32,000 nucleotides of DNA from Synechocystis sp. PCC 6803 substr. PCC-P (lineage in GTDB: Bacteria > Cyanobacteriota > Cyanobacteriia > Cyanobacteriales > Microcystaceae), in the NCBI RefSeq assembly GCF_000284455.1, contig NC_017039.1, forward strand, positions 210,001-242,000. Direction: 5' to 3'. Under the pieces are notes generated by a model, which saw only the letters and a program-made list of their open reading frames with translations, was not told the origin of the DNA and searched no databases. Both the position numbers and the translations under genes were made by a program. Below, one piece after another: positions 18,866 to 28,803 of this stretch (positions are counted from its first letter, which is position 1; the number at the start of each line of letters is the position of its first letter).

Positions 18866-20566
18866 GTGATTAAACAAATATTTCCCATTTTCCAGTGGTT
18901 ACCAAATTATCATCCTAGTTGGCTGAAAGCTGATGTGGTGGCGGGTTTAACCCTTGCGGCCTATGCCATTCCCGTGGCCCTAGCCTATGGATCTTTAGCG
19001 GGATTGCCCTCTGAGGTGGGATTGTATTGTTATATGTTGGGGGCCGTTGGCTACGCTTTTTTCGGTACTTCCCGTCAATTAGCGTTGGGACCCACGTCTG
19101 CTATTTCCATTCTTGTCGGGGTGAGTTTAGCCCCCCTGGCTAACGACGATGCTGGGCGTTATTTGATTTTGGCATCTTCCACTGCGATTTTGGTAGCAAT
19201 AATTTGCCTGCTAGCTTGGTTACTCAAGTTATCCCAGATTGTTAATTTTATTTCCGAACCAATCTTGACCGGTTTTAAAGCGGGGGCGGCATTACAAATT
19301 GCATCTACCCAATTACCCAAATTATTTGGTGTGCCGTCTGGGGGAAGTAACTTTTTTAGTCGTATTTGGGATTTATTCCACCATTGGCAGGAAATTCAGC
19401 CTGCAACTTTACTGGTGGGAGGTTTGGCTCTGGTTTTGCTCGTTATGGGCGATCGCCTTTGGCCATCCAAACCTATTTCCCTGATGGTAGTGATTTTGGC
19501 CATTGTTGTTATGGGAATCACAAATTTACTCGAACAGGGGGTGAAAGTGGTGGGGGAAATTCCCCAGGGTTTACCTAGTTTTGGGATGCCCCATTGGAGT
19601 TTTAGTGACCTTGATAGCCTATTGCCCCTCGCCCTAGCTTGTTTTTTACTGTCCTATATCGAAGGTATTTCCACCGCCCGTAGTTTTGCCATCAAACATC
19701 ACTATCGCATTAATCCAGAACAGGAATTGTTGGCGATCGGGGCGGCTAATCTGGCGGCGGGTTTAGGGCAAGGTTATCCCATTGCCGGGGGACTTTCTCA
19801 ATCGGCAGTAAATGAAAAAGCAGGGGCAAAAACACCCTTAGCAATCATTATTACTGCCTGTATTATTGCCATAGTCTTGCTGTTTTTTACCGGTCTTTTC
19901 AGCAATTTACCAGAGGCAATCCTGGGATCGGTAGTTTTAGTGGCGGTAAAAGGGTTAATTAATATTCCTGAGTTACAACATCTCAAAAAAATTGCCCCTC
20001 TGGAATTTAAGGTTTCCCTTATTGCTCTGTTCGGGGTACTTTGCTTTGGGGTGCTACAGGGGGTTTTATTAGCGGCGATCGCCTCCATTTTGTTCTTGAT
20101 CCATATTATTTCTTATCCTAGTAGCGCAGTTTTAGGAAGAATTCCTGGCTCTGACCAATTTAGCGACCTTGAACGTCATCCGGAAAATTTAGTCATTTCT
20201 GGGGTATTGATTTATCGAATCAATGGACCAATTTTATATTTCAATATTAATAACATCGAAAGTGATTTATTTAACCACCTTGCTCAACAGCAAGAGCCAG
20301 TAGAGTTAGTGATTTTTGAAATGGGAACCTCCCCTGGTATTGATACTCCTGCTGCTCGTTGGTTTAAAACCTTATCGCAAAGCCTTAATCAACAGGGCAT
20401 AACTTTAAAATTAGTAAATGCTAGCGGGTTCGTGCGGGATCGTTTGCGGGCAGAAGGGTTAGAAGGTGAAGTAGGAACTTTCCGACGTTTAGACACCGTT
20501 GATTCCCTGATTTCTGAGTTTAATTGCCAACGATATTCAGATTTACCCCATACCGAAAATGACTGA
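18866..20566 (+). CDS. SulP-family anion permease with C-terminal STAS domain, GTG start, 566 aa
   Basis: DVVAGLTLAAYAIPVALAYGSLAGLPSEVGLYCYMLGAVGYAFFGTSRQLALGPTSAISILVG and a C-terminal STAS region (LVISGVLIYRINGPILYFNINNIES...). Substrate (sulfate vs bicarbonate) cannot be assigned from sequence by eye. Confidence 0.93.
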   Translation: MIKQIFPIFQWLPNYHPSWLKADVVAGLTLAAYAIPVALAYGSLAGLPSEVGLYCYMLGAVGYAFFGTSRQLALGPTSAISILVGVSLAPLANDDAGRYLILASSTAILVAIICLLAWLLKLSQIVNFISEPILTGFKAGAALQIASTQLPKLFGVPSGGSNFFSRIWDLFHHWQEIQPATLLVGGLALVLLVMGDRLWPSKPISLMVVILAIVVMGITNLLEQGVKVVGEIPQGLPSFGMPHWSFSDLDSLLPLALACFLLSYIEGISTARSFAIKHHYRINPEQELLAIGAANLAAGLGQGYPIAGGLSQSAVNEKAGAKTPLAIIITACIIAIVLLFFTGLFSNLPEAILGSVVLVAVKGLINIPELQHLKKIAPLEFKVSLIALFGVLCFGVLQGVLLAAIASILFLIHIISYPSSAVLGRIPGSDQFSDLERHPENLVISGVLIYRINGPILYFNINNIESDLFNHLAQQQEPVELVIFEMGTSPGIDTPAARWFKTLSQSLNQQGITLKLVNASGFVRDRLRAEGLEGEVGTFRRLDTVDSLISEFNCQRYSDLPHTEND

Positions 20567-20657
20567 AGAGTGACATTTTATTTTTACTTGGTAAATATAA
20601 TTTATTCACATTTGAAATTCACCAATTTATCTATCCTGTAAATACGAAGTGAGACAA

Positions 20658-21839
20658 CTATTGTTGCATTTTCTCCAAAATAGCGACAGAGGTGGGGGAC
20701 TGACGGGTAAAGTAATTAAAAATTAATAGCTTAAACAGTGAATCCAAAAATACAGGCACTGTGGCAATAAAAATATAAACGGCGTGGCGATTTTCCGGTA
20801 GTCCAAAATGGCTTGTCAAGTTTTCCAATACCACTTCCCAACCATGGGCCGAATGAAAGCCAACAAACATATCTGTTAATAAAATAAAAATGAATACCTT
20901 GGTAATATCATTTAAAGCTAAAAAAGACTGACTTAAATATTGCTGAGTGATAATGGATTTACCACGAAATACTATGATCAAAACCACAAAAGCTACTAAT
21001 CCAGCAATATCAGCGAGGAGATTCACTATGCCCTGTTGACTGTTAGTGGCAGCCTGGCGGATTAATTCTTCAGCTTTCTTCTTTAGTTCTTGATGAATTT
21101 TTTCCTGGTTGAGAGGTTGATTTTCTGATAGAAGCTGTTTGATTTCTAAAGTTTCTTTATAGCGAGCAAATTCTTCAAAATAGTGTTCAATGGTCTCCTC
21201 TTGATAGTGAATTTTTTCCCAGGCAACTATATCTACTCGGAAGTGTTGTACCAAGGGGGCAAAAACTAAGTTTTTAGTCAGTATTTGAACTGTCAAAGGA
21301 ATGAAAATAAGAACTATTAAAAAACGAGTGGCAATGCGTCTTTGAAGTCTGAGATTACGGAGATTTTGTAAAATTTTCTGTTCATCCTGTGCGGATAAAT
21401 CCCGTTGAATATTAAAGAAGTTACTACGTTTTGGTGAGATATTGTTAATTTCAGCAGAAGATTGGGAGTCAACTTCTACTAAATCTTCAGAAAAACGATA
21501 TTTGGCAATAATCTTTTCAATGGCATCCAGTTTGACAATAATTTCAGCTTCTGTTATTTGAAAATCCTCACTATTGTTCAATAAATTAGTTGCGTTAAAG
21601 CGAGCTAGATTAAACTTAATTTTTAATAATTCCCGCTCTAAAGTAGATTTGAAATAGTTGTAGGTATTAACGCCTCTTTGACTGTCAGGGGCGATTTTGC
21701 CCCCGTCAAAATAGGTTTTCTCAATGGATTCGATCGCCTGGGCACTAACTTGGGCGTTATCCAAAGCGGCGATCGCCTGGCGGACTAACCAGTGGTGGAA
21801 TCGATGGTTGGGGGAACCGAGTTTTTTGTCAGGTAACAT
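20658..21839 (-). CDS. PxcA/CemA (CotA) family membrane protein, 393 aa
   Basis: C-terminal CemA-like membrane domain (FVFILLTDMFVGFHSAHGWEVVLENLTSHFGLPENRHAVYIFIATVPVFLDSLFKLLIFNYFTRQSPTSVAILEKM) with N-terminal soluble part (YFKSTLERELLKIKFNLARFNATNLLNNSEDFQITEAE). Confidence 0.87.
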   Translation of the reverse strand: MLPDKKLGSPNHRFHHWLVRQAIAALDNAQVSAQAIESIEKTYFDGGKIAPDSQRGVNTYNYFKSTLERELLKIKFNLARFNATNLLNNSEDFQITEAEIIVKLDAIEKIIAKYRFSEDLVEVDSQSSAEINNISPKRSNFFNIQRDLSAQDEQKILQNLRNLRLQRRIATRFLIVLIFIPLTVQILTKNLVFAPLVQHFRVDIVAWEKIHYQEETIEHYFEEFARYKETLEIKQLLSENQPLNQEKIHQELKKKAEELIRQAATNSQQGIVNLLADIAGLVAFVVLIIVFRGKSIITQQYLSQSFLALNDITKVFIFILLTDMFVGFHSAHGWEVVLENLTSHFGLPENRHAVYIFIATVPVFLDSLFKLLIFNYFTRQSPTSVAILEKMQQ

Positions 21840-22007
21840 GGTGGTAGGCTCTGGGCAAAATCAAGGGGAAAGGGAGCTTACAAATCAACGGAAGGTCCAC
21901 CTCAATATTCCATAACAATCCGAAAAAAGTTGCACAAGTCCAGGCCCACCGGGGATGATGTTAACTTGTTGCTCAAATCTGTTCCCCGTCGGTACTGTTA
22001 ACTCTCC

Positions 22008-24038
22008 ATGACCACCCTGACCCCCTTTATTCCCCTCAATTTCCCCATCACGGCGATCGTCGGCCAAGAGGCAATCAAGCTGGCTTTACTCCTAGGGGCG
22101 ATCGATCCTGGCTTGGGGGGCATTGTTATTGCCGGACGGCGGGGCACAGCCAAATCGGTCATGGCTAGGGCAATTCACACTTTGCTCCCTCCCATTGAAA
22201 TCATTAAGGGCAACCGTTACCAATGCGATCCAAAAAATCCCGGCAGTTGGGATGATGACACCCTAGAAAAATTTGCCGATGTTCCCCTGGATCAATTGGA
22301 AACCCAGGTAATTCCCGCTCCCTTTATTCAAATTCCCCTGGGGGTCACGGAGGATCGCCTGTTGGGATCGGTGGATGTGGAAAAATCCGTTAAGCAAGGG
22401 GAAGCGGTGTTTCAGCCGGGATTACTGGCCCAGGCCCATCGGGGGGTGCTGTACATTGACGAGTTGAATTTACTGGATGACCAGATTGCCAATCAGTTGC
22501 TAACGGTGTTAACGGAAGGCAAAAACCAGATTGAGCGGGAAGGCATGAGTTTTCAGCATCCCTGCCAGCCTTTATTAATTGCCACCTATAACCCCGAAGA
22601 AGGGCCGTTGCGTCGCCATTTATTGGACCGCATTGCGATCGCCTTGAGTGCGGACGGTATTTTGGGGCTGGATCAACGGGTAGCGGCGGTGGATCAGGTG
22701 CTAGCCTATGCCGATTCTCCCATTAGTTTTATTGACCAGTACGACGCCGAATTGGACGACCTAAAAACCACCATCATTCTGGCTCGGGAATGGCTCAAGG
22801 AAGTGAGTTTAACCCCGGAACAGGTGAGTTATCTGGTGGAAGAAGCAATCCGGGGCGGCCTCCAGGGCCATCGGGGAGAATTGTTTGCCATGCGGGTAGC
22901 GAAGGCGATCGCCGCTTTGGATGGCCGTAGTGATGTGCAGGCTGATGATCTGCGGCAAGCAGTGGAATTGGTGATTGTGCCCCGTAGCGTGTTGATGGAC
23001 AATCCCCCGCCTCCGGAACAGGCTCCCCCCCCGCCGCCCCCTCCCCAAAATCAGGATGAAGGGAAAGACGAGCAAGAGGATCAACAGGATGACAAGGAAG
23101 ACGACAAAGATAATGAACCGGAAGCGGAACAGGATCCCCCCAGCATTCCGGAAGAATTCATTTTTGATCCTGAAGGAGTAAGCCTTGATCCCTCGGTGCT
23201 GTATTTTGCCCAGATGGCCCAGAAACAAGGTAAATCCGGCAGTCGTTCCGTAATTTTTTCCGATGACCGGGGCCGTTACCTCAAACCGATTTTGCCCAAA
23301 GGAAAAGTCCGCCGCATTGCTGTGGATGCCACGTTGCGGGCCGCTTCCCCCTACCAAAAATCCCGTCGTTTACGCCATCCCGATCGCCAGGTAATTGTGG
23401 AGCAGGGAGATATTCGGGGTAAAAAGTTAGTGCGGAAAGCCGGGGCATTAATTGTGTTTTTGGTGGATGCGTCGGGTTCCATGGCGTTGAATCGTATGCA
23501 GGCCGCCAAAGGGGCGGTGATGCAATTGCTCACAGAAGCCTACGAAAATCGAGATCAGGTTTCCCTTATTCCCTTCCAGGGAGAAAATGCCGAGGTACTA
23601 TTGCCCCCCACCCGTTCCATTGCCATGGCCAAAAAACGGCTGGAAACTTTGCCCTGTGGCGGTGGTTCTCCCCTTTCCCACGGCTTGATGCAAGCGGTCA
23701 ATGTGGGTATGAATGCTAAACGATCCGGGGATATTGGGCAGGTAGTAATTGTGGCCATTACCGATGGTCGGGGTAATATTCCCTTGGCCCGTTCCCTGGG
23801 CGATGAAATTCCCGAAGGAGAAAAGCCTGATATCAAAGCGGAATTGTTAGAAATTGCCGCCAAGATTCGCGGTTTAGGGATGCAATTGTTGGTGATCAAC
23901 ACCGAGAAAAAATTTGTTTCCACTGGCTTCGGTAAAGAATTGGCCCAAAAAGCCGGGGGCAAATATTATCAACTCCCCAAAGCCACTGACCAAGGTATTG
24001 CCTCCATGGCCCGCCAGGCGATCGCCGACATGCAATAG
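22008..24038 (+). CDS. chlD: Magnesium chelatase subunit D, 676 aa
   Basis: AAA-type N-terminal domain ([34 protein letters not shown]), Pro-rich/acidic linker, C-terminal VWA domain with MIDAS ([22 protein letters not shown]). Confidence 0.97.
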   Translation: MTTLTPFIPLNFPITAIVGQEAIKLALLLGAIDPGLGGIVIAGRRGTAKSVMARAIHTLLPPIEIIKGNRYQCDPKNPGSWDDDTLEKFADVPLDQLETQVIPAPFIQIPLGVTEDRLLGSVDVEKSVKQGEAVFQPGLLAQAHRGVLYIDELNLLDDQIANQLLTVLTEGKNQIEREGMSFQHPCQPLLIATYNPEEGPLRRHLLDRIAIALSADGILGLDQRVAAVDQVLAYADSPISFIDQYDAELDDLKTTIILAREWLKEVSLTPEQVSYLVEEAIRGGLQGHRGELFAMRVAKAIAALDGRSDVQADDLRQAVELVIVPRSVLMDNPPPPEQAPPPPPPPQNQDEGKDEQEDQQDDKEDDKDNEPEAEQDPPSIPEEFIFDPEGVSLDPSVLYFAQMAQKQGKSGSRSVIFSDDRGRYLKPILPKGKVRRIAVDATLRAASPYQKSRRLRHPDRQVIVEQGDIRGKKLVRKAGALIVFLVDASGSMALNRMQAAKGAVMQLLTEAYENRDQVSLIPFQGENAEVLLPPTRSIAMAKKRLETLPCGGGSPLSHGLMQAVNVGMNAKRSGDIGQVVIVAITDGRGNIPLARSLGDEIPEGEKPDIKAELLEIAAKIRGLGMQLLVINTEKKFVSTGFGKELAQKAGGKYYQLPKATDQGIASMARQAIADMQ

Positions 24039-24119
24039 AATAAACTGACAAAATGTGCATTAAGTAACATCCCCTTTAGCTCGAAGGTTCAAGGTTGCCT
24101 CCACACAACTCAATCATCG

Positions 24120-24308
24120 ATGAAAGATGAAATTAAACAAGTTAATGATGTCGCCAAGCAATTTAAGATGTCAAAAGTCCAACGCAAGGAATTTGGCCGA
24201 TTTTTGGAAAAAAAGAAACAGGAAGGAAAGGGAGGAACAAAAAATGGACGGGGAGATTTTACTTACCCAGAATTAGAACAACAAGCCAAAGAGTTTCTAA
24301 AATCATGA
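24120..24308 (+). CDS. Small hypothetical protein, 62 aa
   Basis: MKDEIKQVNDVAKQFKMSKVQRKEFGRFLEKKKQEGKGGTKNGRGDFTYPELEQQAKEFLKS; start overlap ATGA with the next ORF supports real translation. Confidence 0.7.
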   Translation: MKDEIKQVNDVAKQFKMSKVQRKEFGRFLEKKKQEGKGGTKNGRGDFTYPELEQQAKEFLKS

Positions 24309-24838
24309 ATATTTCTTTTATTTCTTCGACAAATACATCCCCTCAAAAACTTGATCAACGTTATTTAAATAAGCTAATTAATTTGCAGATAAATGGTAAA
24401 ATTTGCTGGCAAGCTCATCTAGGTTATGGGCAAGAATTATGTCTAGAAATTGGTCAAAAAATTCCCTACTCTTCTCCTAGGCTTCAAGGCGAATCCAAAG
24501 GTGAATGGCAGTTTGGGACTAGAGCCTCAGACTGGTCTATTATAACTGCCGGCAAAAGGCCCTGTTTCTTTGTCAAATCATCAGAAGATGAATCAATAAT
24601 TAGGAGTAAGATAGAAAAACTTAATAATCAGGTCGTTAAAGGCATTAGAATTATCAACTATTCCCCAGGTTATTGCTACTGTTTTAATTTAGGTCATTAT
24701 GATCTTTTGATTCCCGACCAAAATAATGATGATGGTTTATCTTTATGGGAATTGTTTATACCCGAGCCCGATCGCCTTGTGTTGGAGGTATTTCCCCATC
24801 TGAGATTTCAACTACATTCCCAAGATGAAAGTGCCTGA
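24305..24838 (+). CDS. Hypothetical protein, 177 aa, translationally coupled to preceding ORF
   Basis: Open frame starting in the stop codon overlap (ATGA) of 24120..24308; no recognised domain. Confidence 0.75.
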   Translation: MNISFISSTNTSPQKLDQRYLNKLINLQINGKICWQAHLGYGQELCLEIGQKIPYSSPRLQGESKGEWQFGTRASDWSIITAGKRPCFFVKSSEDESIIRSKIEKLNNQVVKGIRIINYSPGYCYCFNLGHYDLLIPDQNNDDGLSLWELFIPEPDRLVLEVFPHLRFQLHSQDESA

Positions 24839-24904
24839 AAGTTCGGTGATCGCCTACGTATGAAAATTTTAATCACAAATTATTTTCAACTTATTAATTT
24901 TGGT

Positions 24905-26356
24905 TTAATTCACCACAGCCAAATGGGTTAATTCCTCACTAGCTAAACCGCTGATGGTACCCCCTAAATTTAAAACTTCTGTCAAAAAGGCGATCGCCTC
25001 CGGGGTGATAATTTCTCCGGGAACAAGGACGGGAATACCGGGGGGATAGGGGCAAAGCAGACCAGCACTAATTTTCCCAATCGCTTCATTAACGGTTACC
25101 GATTTTTGGGCAGCATGGGCCGCTCGGCGGGGAGTCATAGCCAGAATAGTACCGGGTAAGACGGGTAAAGTTAGGTGAAAAGGTTGTTGAGGATTCGTAG
25201 GTGCTAACTGGGTTAAAGCTTCCAATAAATGTCCTAAATCCTGGGCTTGATTGCCAATACTAACGATAAAACTTAACTGCCTTAGGGTGGGCAATTCCGC
25301 TGTAATTTGAAACTTTTCCCGTAACAAATCATCTACCTCAAATCCTGACATTCCCCAGGCAGTGACATCGACGGTAATGCGGGTGGGATCGAGGATTAAA
25401 GCTCCGGGCAAAGGTTTGGTAATTTCTAATAAAGTTAACCCAGGAATTTGACTTAATTGTTGTCGATAATGGAGGGTAAAATTCAATAATTCCGCCATCT
25501 TTTCTCTGCCGCCATTGGCCATTTGGTGCCGCGCATCATCGAGGGAAGCCAATAAAACATAATTGGGACTAGTGGATTGAATTAATTGCAAACATTGACT
25601 AATTCTTGGGGGATTAATTAAGTTTCCTTGGCCATGGATCATGGCACATTGACTCAAAGCTCCCAGCATTTTATGGGTGGATTGGATGACAATATCCGCC
25701 CCTAATTCTAAAGCCGGTCTGGGTAAGGATGGATGGAAAGCAAAATGGGCACCGTGGGCTTCATCAACAATGACAGGTAGGTTAACTCTATGACTTAATT
25801 TAATTAATTTTTGTAAGTCCCCCACAACACCGTGGTAGGTAGGATTGAGCAAAAATACTGCTTTTGCATCGTCATGTTCTTGCAATGCTTTACTTAAAGT
25901 TTCCTCCGTCACCCCCAAAGCCAAATCCCAATCGGGGTTAACCTCCGGTTCCAAAAATATTGGCACTGCCCCAGCATGGATAATGCCGGCGATCGCCGCT
26001 TGGTGAACATTCCGAGGCAAGAGAATTTTATCCCCATCCCCACAGGTGGCCAAAATTGCGGCCACAATACCGGCGGTGGAACCGTTAACAGAAAACCAAG
26101 TGTGTTCTGCCCCCCATAAATCCGCGGCTAACTCCTGAGCTTTGGCGATCGCCCCGGTGGGAGCAAAGAGATTATCTAATTCCGGCAATTCCGGCAGATC
26201 AGCTTGGAAGAGGTTTGGCCCCAACCATTGTTTAAAACTAGGGGAAATACCCTGACCCCTTTTATGGCCCGGCGCATAAAAAGGCGTATCCGGTTGTTGA
26301 GCTAGGGCTTTTAACGCATTGACCAGGGGCAAATCTTGTTGATTGAGGTTGACCAT
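24905..26356 (-). CDS. Orn/Lys/Arg decarboxylase family (PLP, fold type I), 483 aa
   Basis: APGHKRGQGISPSFKQWLG, HTWFSVNGSTAGIVAAI, VDEAHGAHFAFHP, IVIQSTHKMLGALSQCAMIH (PLP Lys). Confidence 0.92.
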   Translation of the reverse strand: MVNLNQQDLPLVNALKALAQQPDTPFYAPGHKRGQGISPSFKQWLGPNLFQADLPELPELDNLFAPTGAIAKAQELAADLWGAEHTWFSVNGSTAGIVAAILATCGDGDKILLPRNVHQAAIAGIIHAGAVPIFLEPEVNPDWDLALGVTEETLSKALQEHDDAKAVFLLNPTYHGVVGDLQKLIKLSHRVNLPVIVDEAHGAHFAFHPSLPRPALELGADIVIQSTHKMLGALSQCAMIHGQGNLINPPRISQCLQLIQSTSPNYVLLASLDDARHQMANGGREKMAELLNFTLHYRQQLSQIPGLTLLEITKPLPGALILDPTRITVDVTAWGMSGFEVDDLLREKFQITAELPTLRQLSFIVSIGNQAQDLGHLLEALTQLAPTNPQQPFHLTLPVLPGTILAMTPRRAAHAAQKSVTVNEAIGKISAGLLCPYPPGIPVLVPGEIITPEAIAFLTEVLNLGGTISGLASEELTHLAVVN

Positions 26357-27438
26357 TACAAATCAGGAAATACCGTTTTTACCGCCCCTTGCACCAATTT
26401 TCCGGCTTGAACATTGACTCCTTTCGCCAACGGCAAATCATTTTCCCAAGCCTGTTCCCCCAGATTGGCCAATTTCAACACATAGCGCAATGTACTATTA
26501 TTCAACGCTTGGGTTGCTGTCCAGGGAGTGGCTCCTGGCATATTGGGAATGCCCACATGAACTACTTCTGCTTCGATGTAACTGGGTTGACTATGAGAAG
26601 TTACCCGCAAAGTCTCCACACAGCCCCCTTGGTCGATCGCCACATCCATAATCACCGCCCCTGGCAACATTTGCTCCACTTCCTGGCGGGAAACCAACAC
26701 TGGGGCCCGCTTGCCTGTGATCAATACTGCGCCGATGAGCAAATCTGTATGGGGCAACAGGTCTTCGATTTGGCTGGCATTGCTGTAGCGCAGATCCACC
26801 CGGGAACCGAACAGTTCTCCCAATTGGTTTAAACGGTCTACATTGATGTCTAGGATGGTCACCATGGCCCCCAGTCCGATCGCCATTTTGGCCGCCTCTG
26901 TACCGACTACGCCACCGCCGAGGATAGTTACTTGTCCGGCCTTGACTCCGGGTACGCCTCCCAACAGAACTCCCCGGCCTCCCTGTTGTTTTTCCAAATA
27001 ATGGGCACCCATCTGCACCGCCAATCGTCCGGCAATGCGGCTCATGGGGGCCAACAATGGCAATTGACCATCAGCCAATTCCACCGTTTCATAGGCGATC
27101 GCCGTAATGCCAGATTTAATTAGAGCTTCGGTGAGGGTACGTTCCGCTGCCAAATGGAGATAAGTGAACAACAACTTAGGCAAAGTTAAATATTCATACT
27201 CTTCAGGGAGAGGCTCTTTCACTTTCACCACCAATTCCCTGTTCCAAGCCTCTTTGGCAGTGGCAACTAACTCAGCTCCCGCCTTTGCGTAGGCTCCATC
27301 GGGGAAGCCAGACCCGACTCCGGCCCCTTCTTCCACAAATACTTGATGGCCCTGGCTCAGCAATGCCCGTACACTACTGGGGGTCAGCCCCACCCGAAAT
27401 TCCTGGTCTTTAATTTCCTTGGGAACACCAATTTCCAT
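26356..27438 (-). CDS. ald: Alanine dehydrogenase, 360 aa
   Basis: [50 protein letters not shown]; [30 protein letters not shown]; INTLERGVAMP-type region [14 protein letters not shown]. Confidence 0.96.
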   Translation of the reverse strand: MEIGVPKEIKDQEFRVGLTPSSVRALLSQGHQVFVEEGAGVGSGFPDGAYAKAGAELVATAKEAWNRELVVKVKEPLPEEYEYLTLPKLLFTYLHLAAERTLTEALIKSGITAIAYETVELADGQLPLLAPMSRIAGRLAVQMGAHYLEKQQGGRGVLLGGVPGVKAGQVTILGGGVVGTEAAKMAIGLGAMVTILDINVDRLNQLGELFGSRVDLRYSNASQIEDLLPHTDLLIGAVLITGKRAPVLVSRQEVEQMLPGAVIMDVAIDQGGCVETLRVTSHSQPSYIEAEVVHVGIPNMPGATPWTATQALNNSTLRYVLKLANLGEQAWENDLPLAKGVNVQAGKLVQGAVKTVFPDL

Positions 27439-27599
27439 ACCAATCTCTGCAAGGGGGATACTATGCCGACACCCCTATTAAATCAAACATTTCCACCGAT
27501 GCCATGGACTAGAACCCCAACTATGGATTGGTCATCAATTCCCTTAAAATAGTAAGTCCGCTTAGATCAACAAAATCCAAAATTATTGAGAGGTTTGCC

Positions 27600-28325
27600 T
27601 TGCTAACATTGGGGGTCAACATCGATCACGTAGCCACCATTCGCCAAGCCCGCCAAACGGTGGAGCCAGACCCGATCGCCGCCGCTGTGTTGGCCGAACT
27701 GGCCGGGGCGGATGGTATTACAGCCCATTTACGGGAAGACCGTCGCCACATTCAAGAGCGGGACGTGGAAATATTGCGAAAAACGGTGCGCACCCACTTA
27801 AACCTGGAGATGGCCGCCACCAAGGAAATGGTGGAAATTGCCCTCAACCTTAAACCGGATTACGTCACCCTGGTACCGGAACGGCGGGAAGAAGTGACCA
27901 CGGAAGGGGGTTTGGATGTGGCTGGGAACTTGAACTATTTGCTGGGAGTAGTTGAGCAGTTACAATCCCGACATATTCCCGTTAGTCTTTTCATCGACCC
28001 GGATGTGGCCCAACTGAAAGCCTCTGCCCAAACCGGAGCAAAATTCATTGAATTACATACGGGCAAATATGCCAATGCCCCCACCGCTGACGACCAAGCT
28101 AGGGAATTGGGGTCCCTGGCGATCGCCTGTGACATTGCTCTAGAACTGGGGCTAAGGATCAACGCTGGCCATGGGTTGACCTATTGGAATGTGCGCCCAG
28201 TGGCGGAATTACCGGGCATGGAAGAGTTAAACATCGGCCACAGCATCATGAGCCGGGCCATTCTGGTGGGCATGGAAAGGGCCGTGCGGGAAATGAAATT
28301 AGCCATGTTGGGGCTGCCATTTTAG
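27600..28325 (+). CDS. pdxJ: Pyridoxine 5'-phosphate synthase, 241 aa, probable TTG start (ORF track opens at 27528)
   Basis: [63 protein letters not shown]; typical PdxJ N-terminus [16 protein letters not shown] coincides with TTG at 27600. Confidence 0.95.
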   Translation: MLTLGVNIDHVATIRQARQTVEPDPIAAAVLAELAGADGITAHLREDRRHIQERDVEILRKTVRTHLNLEMAATKEMVEIALNLKPDYVTLVPERREEVTTEGGLDVAGNLNYLLGVVEQLQSRHIPVSLFIDPDVAQLKASAQTGAKFIELHTGKYANAPTADDQARELGSLAIACDIALELGLRINAGHGLTYWNVRPVAELPGMEELNIGHSIMSRAILVGMERAVREMKLAMLGLPF

Positions 28326-28424
28326 CGCCGAGCCCATGGTAGGGTGGAAAGTTGGGCATTGACGACCCCACCCATCGACATAGTCAATCAGTATTTATTT
28401 TTTATAAAACGTAAAACAAACTAT

Positions 28425-28745
28425 ATGGCTACCTATTATTATGCTTTGGCAAGTCAAAAATTTCTCTTGGAAGAGGAACCCTTTGAAGAGGTGCTGAAAG
28501 AACGGCGACGGGATTATGGTGAAAAAAATAAGGAAATTGACTTTTGGCAGGTGATCCAACCGGCCTTTCTTAATGCCCCAGAATTAGCCGAAGCTAAAGC
28601 TAAAGCTCCCGAAAAAAATGTAGCCATTGTTTCCACCAATAAGTCTTTTATTGTTTGGGTAAAACTCCGGTTGGAATATGTCTTAACTGGAGAATTTGAA
28701 GCTCCCTCCGATGCCATTCCTGACCCCCTTGCATCCCTGGATTAG
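28425..28745 (+). CDS. ycf54: Ycf54-like protein (Mg-protoporphyrin IX monomethyl ester cyclase partner), 106 aa; true start MATYYYALASQK at 28425
   Basis: MATYYYALASQKFLLEEEPFEEVLKERRRDYGEKNKEIDFWQVIQPAFL matches the Ycf54 family. Confidence 0.92.
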   Translation: MATYYYALASQKFLLEEEPFEEVLKERRRDYGEKNKEIDFWQVIQPAFLNAPELAEAKAKAPEKNVAIVSTNKSFIVWVKLRLEYVLTGEFEAPSDAIPDPLASLD

Positions 28746-28803
28746 GTTCAATAACCATGGCGATCGGGCAAAACTTTTCTCCCCATAGCTAAGGTCAATC
28801 GCC

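Noticed and set aside
22809-23357. 182-aa minus-strand ORF
   Set aside because: Antisense to chlD; its odd [19 protein letters not shown] stretch is the complement of the acidic/polyproline linker, so it is not a real membrane protein signal.
26389-26832. 147-aa plus-strand ORF
   Set aside because: Entirely antisense to ald, low plausibility composition rich in His/Gln.
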